From Eledone cirrhosa (taxonomy: Eukaryota), in NCBI GenBank assembly GCA_964016885.1, contig OZ024745.1:90582001-90646000 (forward strand): 64,000 nt of DNA. Reading direction: 5' to 3'. Under the pieces are notes generated by a model. It was not told the DNA's origin. It worked only from the letters and a program-made list of their open reading frames with translations, and made no database searches. Numbering within the stretch: position 1 is the first letter of the stretch; each line of letters starts with the position of its first letter. Positions 1 to 12,922 of the stretch are shown here, piece by piece. Made by a program: the position numbers and the translations under genes.

Positions 1-2149
1 TGTTAGAACGTCGGATAGCATGCTTTGTAGTATTTATTTCGGCTTTCTACTCTGTGAGTTCAAATCCCACCGAGGTCAACTTTACAGCCATTCAAGGTTG
101 ATAAAAAAAAAGTACCAGTCTAGTACTGGAGGGTGATTCTTCCTCTATATCTCTTTCTCTCTCTCTTTTTTTTTTCTCTGGAAGAAATCTGCTGTATTCA
201 GACCTGGAGAGAAGGTGGACTCCACCATGTTTTAAAAGTACCCTAGAAACGCCGTATGTTAATACAGCGCCCCCTACGACTCTCTCGGGAGTTACGGGAC
301 TATGCCTGCATGTTGTCCAATTATGTATATAGATCAGCATGATAGCTTAAAATTATGTTTACAGTGATAACATTCTGTACGTCAATAGCAAAGGTGCGCT
401 TGGCTCAGGAAGCGGATCTAATCCTCGGGATATTTCTCACTGAAAGTGGGTCCAATAGCTGTAAGCTGTCCTACAAACCTGTTCTACATATGTAATATAA
501 GCCAATAAGGTAACCTCTACGTGGTGTTGTGGACTACTAGAAATAGCATATAAATCTACCTCATACATGTATAAAAAAGAAAGGAGAACCTAGTCTCTAA
601 TAATTCATGGCATTTATAGTTCTTTCCTTTACTTTCCTATACAGCCAGATCTGCTCCCTTATTTTTCCATTACTTAATTTTGTTTTTATCCTTTTTAATA
701 TTTCTCATCATTGTATAACTTTTGTCTGTAAAATACTTTTAGAAAATACTCAAGAATTTGAAGGGGATTATTAATATAGCTAACTTACTCATTATAAGCT
801 GGTGTTTGAAACATGAAATATGACAGACTGTTTTTATATAACTATAAATACTTTAACCCTTTCGTTACCATATTTCAATGGGACTTCTGGTGTCTTTGGC
901 CCTACTCACCACCATAGGCGCTGAGCTGGCCAGCCGCAGGTGTGAGCCTCGCGAGTTGGAATGACTCTTCCAGCGCATCTTCCTTACTATCATCCGAGGA
1001 AACGCCTTCTCCATTCTGTCCGCCGAGGCTGTGGGGAGGCCAGCACGTGGGACCCCATTTGCTCACCATACGGGGAGATGGGGAGGGCGAGAGAGATAGA
1101 GGCGATGACAGTGGGAGTTAGGCTCTTCCACGTTCGGACCATATCCTTGTGGTTGTGTTCATTAAGCAGTTAATGAGTCTGTTTATGTATAGCCTCTCTA
1201 ACTAGAGACTCTGAAGTTGCCAAAGAAAGTGAACTTTTCTAATTTAAAAAAAAACAGTTTATGACAAAAAAAAGTTATTAGCTTGATAATTAACCAGTTG
1301 GGTAGTCTTAGCAGAAATAACTTTGATGAGATATCTTCTCAATCAGGACTAGTCTAGGTTTGAACAACATGAAGACAGTCTTTTGTAACTTCCCTGTAAC
1401 CTTATAACTCTATAATTATATGCACCAATGATTTAAGGGATCGTGCTCTACACACACACACATACATATTACAGGTATACTAGTAAACTTCCCACAAATA
1501 CACACAGACACACATACACACACATACACACACATACATATTACAGGTATACTCATAAACGTCTCACAAATACACAGGCACACACACATATCACAGGTAT
1601 ACTCATAAACTTCACACAAACACAAGCATACAGGCACACATACATATTACAGATATACTCATAAGCTTCTCACAAATACAAACATATATAGGCAAAGAAA
1701 AGCTGTTGATTCTACTGGACAAGTTCTCCATGGCTGCTTTGATGGGTCAACTAACTATACTTTTATATATCTGAATCTAAATACGAAATCATTTTTTCCC
1801 TTGTCCTATTATTCTCAATCATGAGGTTGCGATTTCGATTCCCAGACCGGGCGATGCGTTATGTCCTTGAGCAAGACACTTTATTTTGTGTTGCTCCTTC
1901 TGCCTGGAGTTGCGACCGACAGCTAGTACCAATGGAAACATTGTTTCCTCGGTCCGATTTGACAAGCTCCACTGCACGCGTTAAGCGAATGAGGTCTGGG
2001 ATCTTGTTGATCGATTATCGATTATTCTCAGTTTTCTAACCTGAGAGGGAAATGTCACAATACCAACTTATCTGAATTCTGCCCAAATAATTCTATAATA
2101 ATCAAGTATTTTCATTCTTGAGACATGAAATGTTTTTGTTATTATTATT

Positions 2150-2740
2150 TTGTGGATTGGTAGAGGGTCGGAAGCCATGCGTTGCAGCATAGAGTTACGC
2201 CCCTTTACGGTCTGAGTTCAAATCCCGCCGAGGTTAACTTTGCCTTTCATCCTTACAGGGTCGATAAAATAAAGTACCAGTAATGCACTGGGTAATTGCT
2301 GGCCTTGTGCCAAAAGAAGAAACAGTTATTATTGTTTTTGAATTTTTTGTTTGTTTTTTCATTTTGTTTTTTGTTTGTTTGTTTGTTTTTGTAGTTTTAT
2401 TTTGTGTGTGGGGGGGGGGGGTATCCTTCTCCAGTGTTATTAACCGGAATATTGTTATAATATTTACAATAGCGCTAGTTTTCTGTGGAACAGATACCAA
2501 AATTGACAAGTATACAATTCATTCAGTAATCGGTAGAGCGTCAGACAACATGCTTTACGGCATATAGTTACATCTCTTTACGTTATGAGTTCAAATCACC
2601 GCTGAGGTTAGCTTTACCTTTCATCCTTACGGGGGTCGATAAAATAAAGTACCAATCACGCACTGGCGTCGATTTAATCGACTTTCCTCTCCCTTCCCTT
2701 CAAATTGCTGGCCTTGTGCCAAATGTAGAAACAATTATGC
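2150..2740 (+). mobile_element. Two copies of an abundant tRNA-derived SINE
   Basis: B-box-like GAGTTCAAATCC followed by ttaactttgcctttcatcc..gggtcgataaaataaagtaccag; other copies at 1-135, 13370-13600, 13945-14050, 32415-32605, 49105-49200, 52680-52850, 54780-55050. Confidence 0.75.
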
Positions 2741-3661
2741 GAAGCCATTAAACTCGAACCTTTAATAACCATCTTTGAAACTTTGTGCCGTTCACGGGTG
2801 ATCGAATAAAAAAATTACTGGCACACTTCGGGTGGAAAATATAAAAAGAAATACAAATTTAAATAATTTTGAAAACCAAACAATGCACTAGAAAGAAAAT
2901 TAAAATTGCTAGGATAACAAAAGAATCTTACCTTAGCAAATTTAATAATCCCAAATATTTAAAAACCCATTCTCAAGGTAGTATTCCTATGAGAGACTTA
3001 AAGGATCGATCGAAGTTGACTTGCTTGGAAGGCAGATTTAAGTTAAAGAAATGCTTCAAAGTAAAACATTTAGAAAAAATATTAAAAGATTATTGTTAAT
3101 CTTTTTATAACAAAATTAAGAATAACACGGGGTTTTTTTCTTTGTTTTCTTTTTTTTTTTCAAGACATAATACGGATTTCCTAAAGTCTTAGATTTTAAT
3201 TAGTAAAATTCTGCGGCACAACTAGATAACCCTTGCGGCATGCAATTTGAGAAACACTGGACTAAATCATCAGTGACCAGGCTGGAGATGTACGACGAAA
3301 CACTTTGATAACTATTGATATATATTATTATTACAAAATATTGGTTTCCAATTATAAAATATTGATAAAGTAAAAGTGAACGTAACAGCATCTGTGTTTC
3401 TAATGACTGCAGTAATTCTACCGCAATTAGCTATCTATTTAATGATCACAACTTCTCATACCGATCAATACAACTCAAGAACGCGTGTGTGTGTGTGTGT
3501 GTGTGTATGTGTGTGTGTGTATGTGTGTGTGTGCGTTTGTGTGTGTGCGCGTGTGTGTGTGTGCGTGCGCGTCTTTGGGTGTACAAAAGGAAAGAAAGTA
3601 CTCAATATAAGCAGCGAACCTTCTGTCAGCAGCGAACTGTCTGTCTATCTGTCTGTATATA

Positions 3662-3762
3662 CAGGATGTCCCCAAAAAATGTATACAGACATTAATTACC
3701 TGTACAGGCAATATTTATTAAAATGCACAGACTTTGTGTATACATTTTTAGGGGACGCCCTG
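3662..3762. mobile_element. Tc1/mariner-type MITE
   Basis: TIR caggatgtccccaaaaaatgtataca / tgtatacatttttaggggacgccctg, TA on the left. Confidence 0.65.
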
Positions 3763-3898
3763 CATATACAGACAGACAGACTTAAAGGAAAGAGAACGAA
3801 GGGGAGGAATCGACATCAGCAAGTGTAAAATAAAAGAACAAATATAAATACGAAGGTTTGAAATAAAAAATTTAAAAAAAAAAACAATTAAATTTTAC

Positions 3899-4355
3899 CT
3901 GTTTGTTGTGATGGACTCGAGCCAGAACTGGAACAGGAAGAAGTGCTACCTTTCTCGTCGAAACTGTTATCATTGTCAGCCTTATTGCTGTTGTCGGCGT
4001 TATCAGCATTGTCAGGGTTAATCCAAGGGTGTACTTTGATATCTAATCTCTCACCAATATTTTCTATCTCACACATAACCATTTGTTCCAAGGTTGGTGA
4101 ACCTGATTTATGCAAACGATTCAATTCATCAGAGTTGCCTATCTCGCTGCTAATTCTATTTAGAAATATCGGCCCTAAATAAGACACACGACTTACACGT
4201 TTATCATATTCTGAACTGGAATCGCTATCCGAACTATTTCCAGAAGCTTTTGCATCTTTTTTCTTCCTTAAAATATCTCTGAACTCTCCACGATTCGAAC
4301 TCATTTTGATTTCTGACTCCTTTGTAATGTGATGTTTGCTATGATTGATTTCCAT
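3899..4355 (-). CDS. Orphan Ser/Asp/Asn-rich protein exon (~152 aa)
   Basis: ATG-initiated non-repetitive ORF ending at donor ACA G|GTAAAA; composition suggests disorder; no family recognised. Confidence 0.45.
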
Positions 4356-4644
4356 TCAAGGCCACAGAAATGATTTTTAAATATTATTCAGGAATGATGA
4401 AATTGCTGCAGAATGACTTGCAGAAGGGACATGGGTGTTTATGTGTGTGCTGCGTATTTTAGTGTATGTAAATGTATATCGAGAAGAAATGGAATCCTGT
4501 AACTACGTACGCATGTGTGTGTGTAAATGTGAGTGTGAGTATGAGTGTGTGAGTATGAGTGTGAGTATGTGTATGATTGGGAAGAGGAATATCGAATGTG
4601 AGAACAAGGAAAGAACGATAAGAAAGACAAAGAATAAAATTAGA

Positions 4645-4770
4645 TAGATAGATAGATCTGGTAGGTAGGTAGGTAGGTAGGTAGGTAGGTAGGTAGGTAG
4701 ATAGGTAGGTAGGTAGGTAGGTAGGTAGGTAGGTAGGTAGGTAGGTAGATAGATAGATGGATGGATAGAT
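4645..4770. repeat. (GTAG)n/(GATA)n microsatellite
   Basis: Visible. Confidence 0.95.
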
Positions 4771-6124
4771 CTGGTAAGTACGAATGTGAAATTAAACTTC
4801 TGATTCCTCTGCACTAAAAAGTAGAAATACTTTAGGTATTCGTGTTGACAAGCGCTTGTAAAACCTGAATAAATCCGCTTTAGACTAAACAGTACATGAG
4901 TTCCCGCTTGTTTTCAAGAGAAGAGAGTTAGAAACCCGAATTCATAAAATGCTTTTATAGAAGCCAGTTTCCAGTAACGGATGTTTGCTGTTCAAGATAA
5001 GAACTTAAAGCATTGAGTCCAGCTCTGTAAACGTTTTCGGAAACCTTTATCGGACAAATATGTCTCCCAACCCAGTTTTTCTTTATTAAACCCAATGGGC
5101 TTTTCTTCATTTTTCTCTTCCACTTTTTCTTTCTTATTTTTTTTTTTTTTTTTCTTAAAGTTTTGTTTAAACCTCTTCGTCCTGTGGTAAATCTTTTTCA
5201 GAATTTAAATCCGTGTCGAAGGACAAGGGGAAAATTATTGGATCTTTTGTTGTTTTCAGTTCTTCTCATAGCTCCACAAAACTGTTTCGGATAGTTCCAA
5301 AAGGTCTGAGAGGTTTTTTCTGGATGGGAAAGATTAATTTTTGCTAGTTTGTTTTACTTTTGTTAGTTAGTTATTTTCTATGTTCCTTCATAGTGACATA
5401 AATAACGTGGATACAAGCAAGTGTCAGAACCAGGATATACATTTAACTATACAAGAAACTTAATATTGTCTATATAATTGTCTCATGTTTTCTTTTTACT
5501 AATTGCATACTCTCTGTTCTCGAATAATGCCCCGCCCCTCCCTCGCTTATCAATTTTTACTAATCTATCTCAGGCGAAATTTTATTTTAAATTGTAGCAT
5601 TCCACAACAATTAATTTTCTTTAGACATAAAAAAAAATATTATACATAACAAAAAAAAGGTACATTACTAGAAATCCCATATGTTATTAAATAAATGGGA
5701 CGGGTTGGGGTCTCAATATGTAAACTAAACAACTAATTCTGTTGTGGTTTTTTTTTGTCTTTTTTTTTAAATTCCACAAACACACATACACACACACACA
5801 CATACAAACACACACATTATTAATCGCAAAAGTAAAGTGAAATAATTTTAAGCAAAAGTGGAAACCAGAAGCATGGCTAGAGGAGGGGTAGAGGTCCATC
5901 CCGGGCGGCACTCTTAGTCGATTACATAGACTTGTTGGTGGGGGTGCAACAAGCTGAAATATCGCCCACAGGTGGCACAAGGGGTGCAACAAGCTGAAAT
6001 ATCGCCCACAGGTGGCACAAACTCGAACTATATCACTGATTGAAATCGCATAAAGAATTTTGACGAGTAATGACATTACCCTCTGTCTAACCGTACTCAT
6101 CACAATTACTCTTACACTTGCTTA

Positions 6125-6570
6125 TATATATCTCCTTCGTCCACTTATTCCTGGGAGGGTAGTGGGGGCAGAGTCCTCAAACACTCCTTCCAGCGGGTCC
6201 TGTCAGAAGCAACCGTTTCCAACTGATATGGCTGGATCCCGAAGCGAGACCAGCCAAGCGCATGGATGTTATCCAACCATCTTATTCAGGGTCTACCCCT
6301 TGGGCTCTTGTCGGTTGGTTTTGCCCGTAAAATCTGTCCAGCGATTCTTTCCTAAGACAATCTAACTACGTGCCCATTGTATCGGAGCTGTGATCTCTCA
6401 ATTCGGAGAAGTAGCGACTCTACCTGGAGTAATTATCCGATCTCCAAGCTACAGTCTATCGAGTAACGTTACTCCAGAGACCCTTCGGAGGACCCCATTT
6501 CGTCCGCTTGTATTCGTGATCGCATTCTTTCTGTCATTATCTAAGATTTGTGACCATAGGTAAGGCTTGG
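6125..6570 (-). mobile_element. RTE LINE 3' fragment
   Basis: Minus strand matches the LLLRIERSQLR..GHV.R...GRP motif family also seen at 30490-30725, 31710-31855, 45030-45620, 54430-54650. Confidence 0.65.
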
Positions 6571-7175
6571 CATGAAAACCGAACCGAAGGTAGCGAATTT
6601 GGCGTTTACTCCTACCTCCCTTCTTCTGACCAATTTATTGAGAAAACAATTATTAATGGTCTTAAATTATATGAAGTGTGTCTCATAAATGGCTGTTACA
6701 ATCGAGAGAAGGAAGAAAGCTGTTTACTTTAATTTAATTTTGTTTATCTACAGTAGACGAACCTACGCACGACAATGCTTTAGGATCGCTGGCTTAGGAT
6801 GACCCCGGCCTCGTCAAGCAAGAAGAAGAAGACAGTAGACATAGCGTAGCCAAATGGTTAAGAACTTCTCTTCGCAATGATTAGGTTCCGGATTCGATCC
6901 ATTTGAGTGATACGTTGGACAAGTATCAATCGCCATAGCCTTTCATTGAAACTGGGTAGATGAAAACTGTTTGAGAGAATGTCGTATGGATGGTACCTTT
7001 AACTCAATGGGCCAGACAACTTTAATCGATGAGGGTCCAATAAAATCCAAAAATCGATTAAAGTGTTTATAATTTTTTTTTCAATTTTCAGAGAAATTCG
7101 TATTTGCTGGCATGTTTACATGCCTACATATTAGACATGTATATATGTATATATATATATATATACATATTAGAC

Positions 7176-7231
<56 letters not shown>

Positions 7232-7236
7232 TAGAC

Positions 7237-7278
<42 letters not shown>

Positions 7279-7506
7279 TAGACATGTGTATATATATATA
7301 TATATATATATAACAAAGAAGGTGTGGTAAGATACCAGGTGGACCATAACACTCCAGAGTACTCAATACTTACGGTAGTAGAGTGGGTAGTAGGGAAGAG
7401 TCAGGACCCCGACGGCTGAGGTCTGGCCGTTTCGACAGCTAGATCCGAACTAGTTAGTTTGGATCTAGCCGTCGGGGTTTTGACTCTCTTCCCTATATAT
7501 ATATAT

Positions 7507-7909
7507 AGGGAAAAAAGATGAAATCGAAAATGCAACTGGAGTCTTTTTTTTTTATATATATATATTTATTTGGTTCCTTTACCGGTTACGCAGTTATTCT
7601 GCTTTTCAAAAGTAGAATTAAGATGGAGGGTCTGTGGTTTTTCTCACATCTGGTTGGTGTTTGAATGTTACTTCTATTTTATATGGAAAAAGGTGGCTCG
7701 AAAAACCTAGCATTTCGAGCCACTTTTTTCCATATAAAATAGAAGTAACATTCAAACACCAACCAGGTGTGAGAAAAACCACAGACCCTCCATCTCAATT
7801 CTACTTTTGAAAAGCAGAAGAACTGCGAACCTGGTAAAGGAACCAAATAAATAAATATTTTTTAAAAAAAAAGACTCCAGTTGGATTTTCGATTTCATCT
7901 TTTTTCCTT
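7507..7909. mobile_element. Fold-back element (~195-bp arms) with a decayed hammerhead in each arm
   Basis: Arms meet at ggctcgaaa-aacctagca-tttcgagcc; each arm has ctt-TTGAAAA-gcag..ctgc-G(T/A)A(A/C)-c(c/t)gg-TA-aagg; (TA)n flanks. Confidence 0.7.
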
Positions 7910-7976
7910 ATACTTTCACTCGTGTGGGACACCTCGGTTTTTTTTTCATTTTGTAAAAAAACCTCACTTTCTAATA

Positions 7977-8012
<36 letters not shown>

Positions 8013-8049
8013 TGTATGTATGTATGTATGTATGTATGTATATGTATTT

Positions 8050-9995
8050 ATTTATTTAGGTTTGTTGGTTCACCACTGGATATAACTGGTCATTCCGTAT
8101 GGTCAACCTCGATGTAATATTATGGAGAGCACTCAACGTAATGCAACTCACCCATCTTCGTTTGTGTAGTTGGTGGTGCGACTACAGAGTAAATAACAGG
8201 AGGCTGGACTGGTGTAATTCCTTAAAAGGTTTATTATACTATGATCATTTCAATGACCGGGTTCAGTATGAATCCGGTGACATCATCAGGTATTCAAAAT
8301 ATAACAAAGAAATATAATAGAAAAAATCCATGGGGCTGAAAATCAGAGACATGAGGGCGACCGGACATTTAGCAGCTTCTACCCCTGGTCGGCCGCCCTC
8401 AAGTGCTGATTATTAAGCCTACTTATGTCCATCTGGTGAAGTGACGTAGGCTTATAGTGTAATTCCACCCCGTAAAAGACAGAGGCCAGCGATGAGGTCA
8501 GGTTACAATCAAGCTGGTCATGCGTGGTAGAAAGTGCCGCGAAAAATATTCTATCAAAGAACATATATTTTTAACAAATCTATATATAATAATATATAGT
8601 GGGCGTCTGCATGGTATAATGTATGGACAGAAATTACGATTAACGATTAGAAACGTTAAATTTATGTTTAGATTTGGAAGATGCCATTTAAGATGAAATT
8701 AGAAAAATAAGGTTTAGGTTTGAGGTTGTGAGATTTAGTTAAAGAATTTACAGAAGGAGGCTTTTATGAAAAAGTTTAAGTGTATTATAGATAGTCACGA
8801 TAAAGTTTCAGGGTAGAATATAGAGTAAGGATTAAACCCGTGCTTAGCGGTCAATAACCAGCGACGTTGCGGACCCCCGGCCAGCCCGGGGCCCAACGGC
8901 GCGTCAGCCGTTCCGAGTATTATCGTCTAGCTAAATAAATGGAAATTTATTTTTCCGAGCACTCCAGGAATGTTAACTGTCTTAAGCTTCGGGTGTGTTA
9001 GCGGGATGGCCGCCACCGTCCTCCGGCCATCGTATATACTAAACGATTACTAGTTATTCACACTGGTGTAGGATTTAGTTAAGTGCTAGTAGAAGGAGGC
9101 AAGATAAAGTTAAAAGTTATGATTAAGCCTAGAATTTAAAGGTACTGTTTGGCGGTCAATAACCGGTGTCGCGGCGGGTTCCAAGTCCGACAGAGCCCCA
9201 GGGCGAAGCAGCCGTTCCGAGTATTTTCGTTTACCGAAAGAAGGGGAAATTTATTTTTCCAAGAACTCGAGAAAGGCTGATCGACCCGAGTGCCTGGCGT
9301 GCAGTCGGGATAGCCGCCACATCCGTCGGATCATCGCGTGTACCAAACGATTATTAGTTATTCACACCTGCGATGTGAAGTTGAAAGTGGTAAAATCTGA
9401 TGAAATGTGCAAATAAACTATATTTAGTCTCCAGTTAGTCCGGGTTATATGTAGTGTGATTCCTGGGTGGGTAGGGGGAGTGAATAAAGATAAACGGATA
9501 TAAGGGTACATAGAGTAATATTCTAGGGTCGTGTGCTAATGAGCACAATGATAAGTGTATAATGAGAGTAAAGCGAGTAAATAAATACATAAATAAAACC
9601 GTAAGTAAAATACATAAATACATAAATAAAATGCAGTCATACCTAGTGTGGTGATGTAGGGAGTAAAAAGGAAGTATATAAGAACATATCGAAGAAATCA
9701 CAATACAGAGGAAATACAGATCAAGGTGCAGTAATGGGCAATATAGCACGGTTGGAGAATGCAAGGTTAAACATATAGATATAGAGGATGGAAGAGTTGG
9801 AATGGTATCAGATGAAACCTAGTGTATGTTCGAGTCTTAATTTTCAATGTGAATCCCAAAAGCCCTGAAATATAGGATAGGGAATTCAGTCAATACAATA
9901 CAGAGTATAGTAGAATATGTTGATTCTTTGAAGAATCTATGAGGTCTAACGGGGTCTGAATATTCCCAATGCATGGTCCTGGTGTGCGGTAGACA
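8050..9995 (-). mobile_element. Non-coding hammerhead-bearing element (probable PLE tail or non-autonomous PLE)
   Basis: Bounded by (TA)/(TATG) microsatellites; intact hammerhead at 8236-8293; two internal diverged GC-rich repeats; no recognisable ORF. Confidence 0.6.
8236..8293 (-). ncRNA. Type I hammerhead ribozyme, intact core
   Basis: atac-CTGATGA-tgtcaccgg..ccggtcatt-GAAA-tgatca-TA-gtat; palindromic minimal stem III. Confidence 0.8.
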
Positions 9996-9998
9996 AAG

Positions 9999-10034
<36 letters not shown>

Positions 10035-10035
<1 letters not shown>

Positions 10036-11821
10036 CAATATTAATAAATGGAAACTATATTTATAAAACCATATTTATTTCATTATATATATTTCAAGGA
10101 TACCAAGTTAAATCATGGTATGCCTTCATCAAACAAAATACAATATATAACAGTTTTACAAATAGATATTGACGTACCCTTTCAAAAAGGTGACCGTTGT
10201 TTTTGGAGGCCATCCGGATAGTGGTTTGTTTACTTTAGTAAGTCATAGTGTTAAGAGTAAGTAAAAAGATGGAGAGAGAGAAAAACGTGGAGAAAAGAAA
10301 GGGAAAGATAGATAAAGAAAAAGAAGAAAGCAAAAAGAAAAGAGAACAGAGAAAAAATAACGGGGAGATATCAAAACATCAGACAGAGAAAGAACTCAAG
10401 AGAGAGATATGCAGAGATAGAGAGAGGGGGGAGAGAACGAAAACCTTAAGTTATGTTATATTAAGTTGAGTTAACAATTGAGATGAAATGAATAAATAAA
10501 ATTAGAAATATTAATATTCGTGAATGGAATATAGATATATAATATGAGAAATTACACATTGTTTAATTATGATTATATATTTAGTTTAAAAATTTAGATC
10601 AATATATTAAAAATTGGAATTTAAACATTATAAAATATATATATTGCTAGATAGATTATCTATCGTATATCACATATACATAGGCAAAGTTACATAAATA
10701 TATATATATACTCACTCACTCAGAAAATACACATTATATCTACTCCCGCACATAATGTATACATATAAAGCATAAGTGATTTTTTTATTTATTGCTATAC
10801 ACTCCTTGTGTTATTAATTAAAAAAATTTAGTATATATATATAAAAATATATAGGATTAACTTTTCTGCATTTATGGCTGTTAAATTATGTATATCTGCA
10901 ATCAAAAGCTGCATGTGTAAGCCTGTACATTCACACCCATAATTCTTAGCTATACATGAATAGATATGCGTGTGCATCTTCAATTGGTATACATGCGTCA
11001 CTCATGCATATATACAGACAGACATATAATCACACAAAAAAACCCATAACACATGTATATGTATGTCAACACACACATATAGATACATAAGCCGTACATA
11101 GACATAAGTATACATCAACATATAACATAGTACAATTGAGTATATAAAATACAAAAGGATTATATTTTGGAAATATAATTATATCAATATAACTTAAAAG
11201 GCAAACGAATTCTACAAACATCAAAATACTAAAATATCCCAAAATATTATAGAATATTTCAAGTTAAAATAATATGTTTAATATATTTAGCATAGAAATT
11301 TATCTTACGTATATTTTAATCAAGACATTGAGAGGACAAACTTTTGAAAATTATGAGAAGCTATCAGGATAAAAAAATAAATCTAATAAAAATTATGAGA
11401 AGCTATCAGAATAAAAACAAATCTAATAAAAAATAAAAAATAAAAAATAAAATGAATCTAATAAAAAAATGAATCTAATAAAACAATATAAATAAAATGA
11501 ATCTAAGCTAAATAAAATAATATGTTTAGTATAGAAATTTATCTTACGTATATTTTATTCCAGATATTGAAAGGATAAACTTTTCTAGAATAGTTTATTA
11601 TATTTATAATTATATTTATGAAGAAAAATTTATACTTGGGTACTTAACCAAAGAAAATGAAAAAGGTGAAGGAATCTAATGATTTATCGACAGGTTTCTT
11701 ATATTAACTAAATTATTTAATTAATTAAACTATATTTTAAATTTATATTTAAACGTTGAGTTCAATCTATGTCTGCAGCAACTGAATAAATTATTTCTTA
11801 AATTAAGGGAATTTTTGGTCT
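10035..11821 (-). mobile_element. Penelope-like 3' fragment related to element A
   Basis: Minus strand near 11740-11821 reads TKNSLNLRNNLFSCCRH (EN C-terminus); the tail end at 10035-10230 is similar to the element A tail and contains a hammerhead. Confidence 0.7.
10076..10140 (-). ncRNA. Type I hammerhead ribozyme (C3U variant)
   Basis: tattttgt-TTGATGA-aggcatacca..tggtatcctt-GAAA-(ta)n-TA-atgaaata. Confidence 0.6.
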
Positions 11822-11824
11822 TTA

Positions 11825-11873
<49 letters not shown>

Positions 11874-12140
11874 AAATGTGTGAAATCATTGGTACAGTTA
11901 GGTATATTTGTAAAAAGGAAAAGAATGACTTCACTTGTAGTTCTAAACAATTTAATTTTATAATATTTTAATTTTACAATTTGGTTTTGTAGATCTACAG
12001 TTCGGATCTAGCTGTCAAAACGATCGGAGCTCAGCCGTCGGGTCCTGAATATTTTCATATATATATATATATATATATATAAATTAAAGTATAGAAATTG
12101 TTGTGAGCGTGAAGCCAACAGTATTTCATAATATATAAGT

Positions 12141-12189
<49 letters not shown>

Positions 12190-12195
<6 letters not shown>

Positions 12196-12689
12196 TAAGT
12201 ATGTACACGTACATACATATATGTATACAGACGTACAGTAGTATGTATATATATATACATACATGCACACATATATATATGTACGTATGGATTCACCGAA
12301 CATTTATTATAATGCTCGGTGTGTTTGTAAACAAACATCCCGTATTAAGCCGTAGAGTCCAGCAACCATCGTTGCTCGTTTGTTCAACACTGACAAAGGA
12401 ACGCTGTACTAGTTTCAAGCTTATTAGCTATCGTCAGTGTTGAAAAAACGAGCAACGATGGTTGCTAGACACTACGGCTTAATACGGGATGTTTGTTTAC
12501 AAACACACCGAGCATTATAATAAATGTTCGGTGAATCCATACGTACATATATATATGTGTGCATGTATGTATATATATATATACATACTACTGTACGTCT
12601 GTATACATATATGTATGTACGTGTACATACTTATATTTAAGTAACAGCCGTACTAAGAGTGGGGAATTAAATTTCGTTTCATTTTTTCC

Positions 12690-12692
<3 letters not shown>
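12190..12692. mobile_element. Fold-back copy of the same ~420-bp hammerhead family
   Basis: ~200-bp near-perfect inverted arms around 12395-12432, high identity to 18740-19921; hammerhead core on minus strand with stem I broken at the inversion point. Confidence 0.75.
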
Positions 12693-12724
<32 letters not shown>

Positions 12725-12728
<4 letters not shown>

Positions 12729-12922
12729 AACGAGTAGGACCCCGACGGCTGAGCTCAAGCCGTTTCGACGGCTAATTCTGGACAGTCCAGAATTAGCCGT
12801 CGAAACGGCTTGAGCTCAGCCGTCGGGGTCCTACTCGTTCCTATTACCCACTCTACTACCCTAAGTATTGAGTACTTTGGTGCGTTATGGTCCACCTGGT
12901 TCCTTACCACATTTCCTTCGTT
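12725..12922. mobile_element. Short (TA)n-associated repeat carrying the 3' half of a GUC hammerhead; perfect ~60-bp-arm palindrome
   Basis: GAAA-cggct-tgagctc-agccg-TC-ggggtcc; related copies at 7312-7495, 11990-12050, 24567-24695, 25405-25465, 40200-40250. Confidence 0.65.

Noticed and set aside
180-480. Possible further exon of the 4-kb orphan gene
   Set aside because: All three minus-strand frames after the candidate acceptor stop within about 22 codons; may be UTR.
961-1173. 70-aa ORF with a paralogous ORF at 14035-14343
   Set aside because: The shared ~140 bp is a dispersed repeat in opposite orientation; the ORFs diverge outside it and match no known protein I recognise.
8845-9367. 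Group II intron or RNase P/MRP identity for the structured repeats (GTGTG start fits GUGYG)
   Set aside because: Far too short for a group II intron, no domain V AGC triad hairpin, and no recognisable P4 conserved regions.
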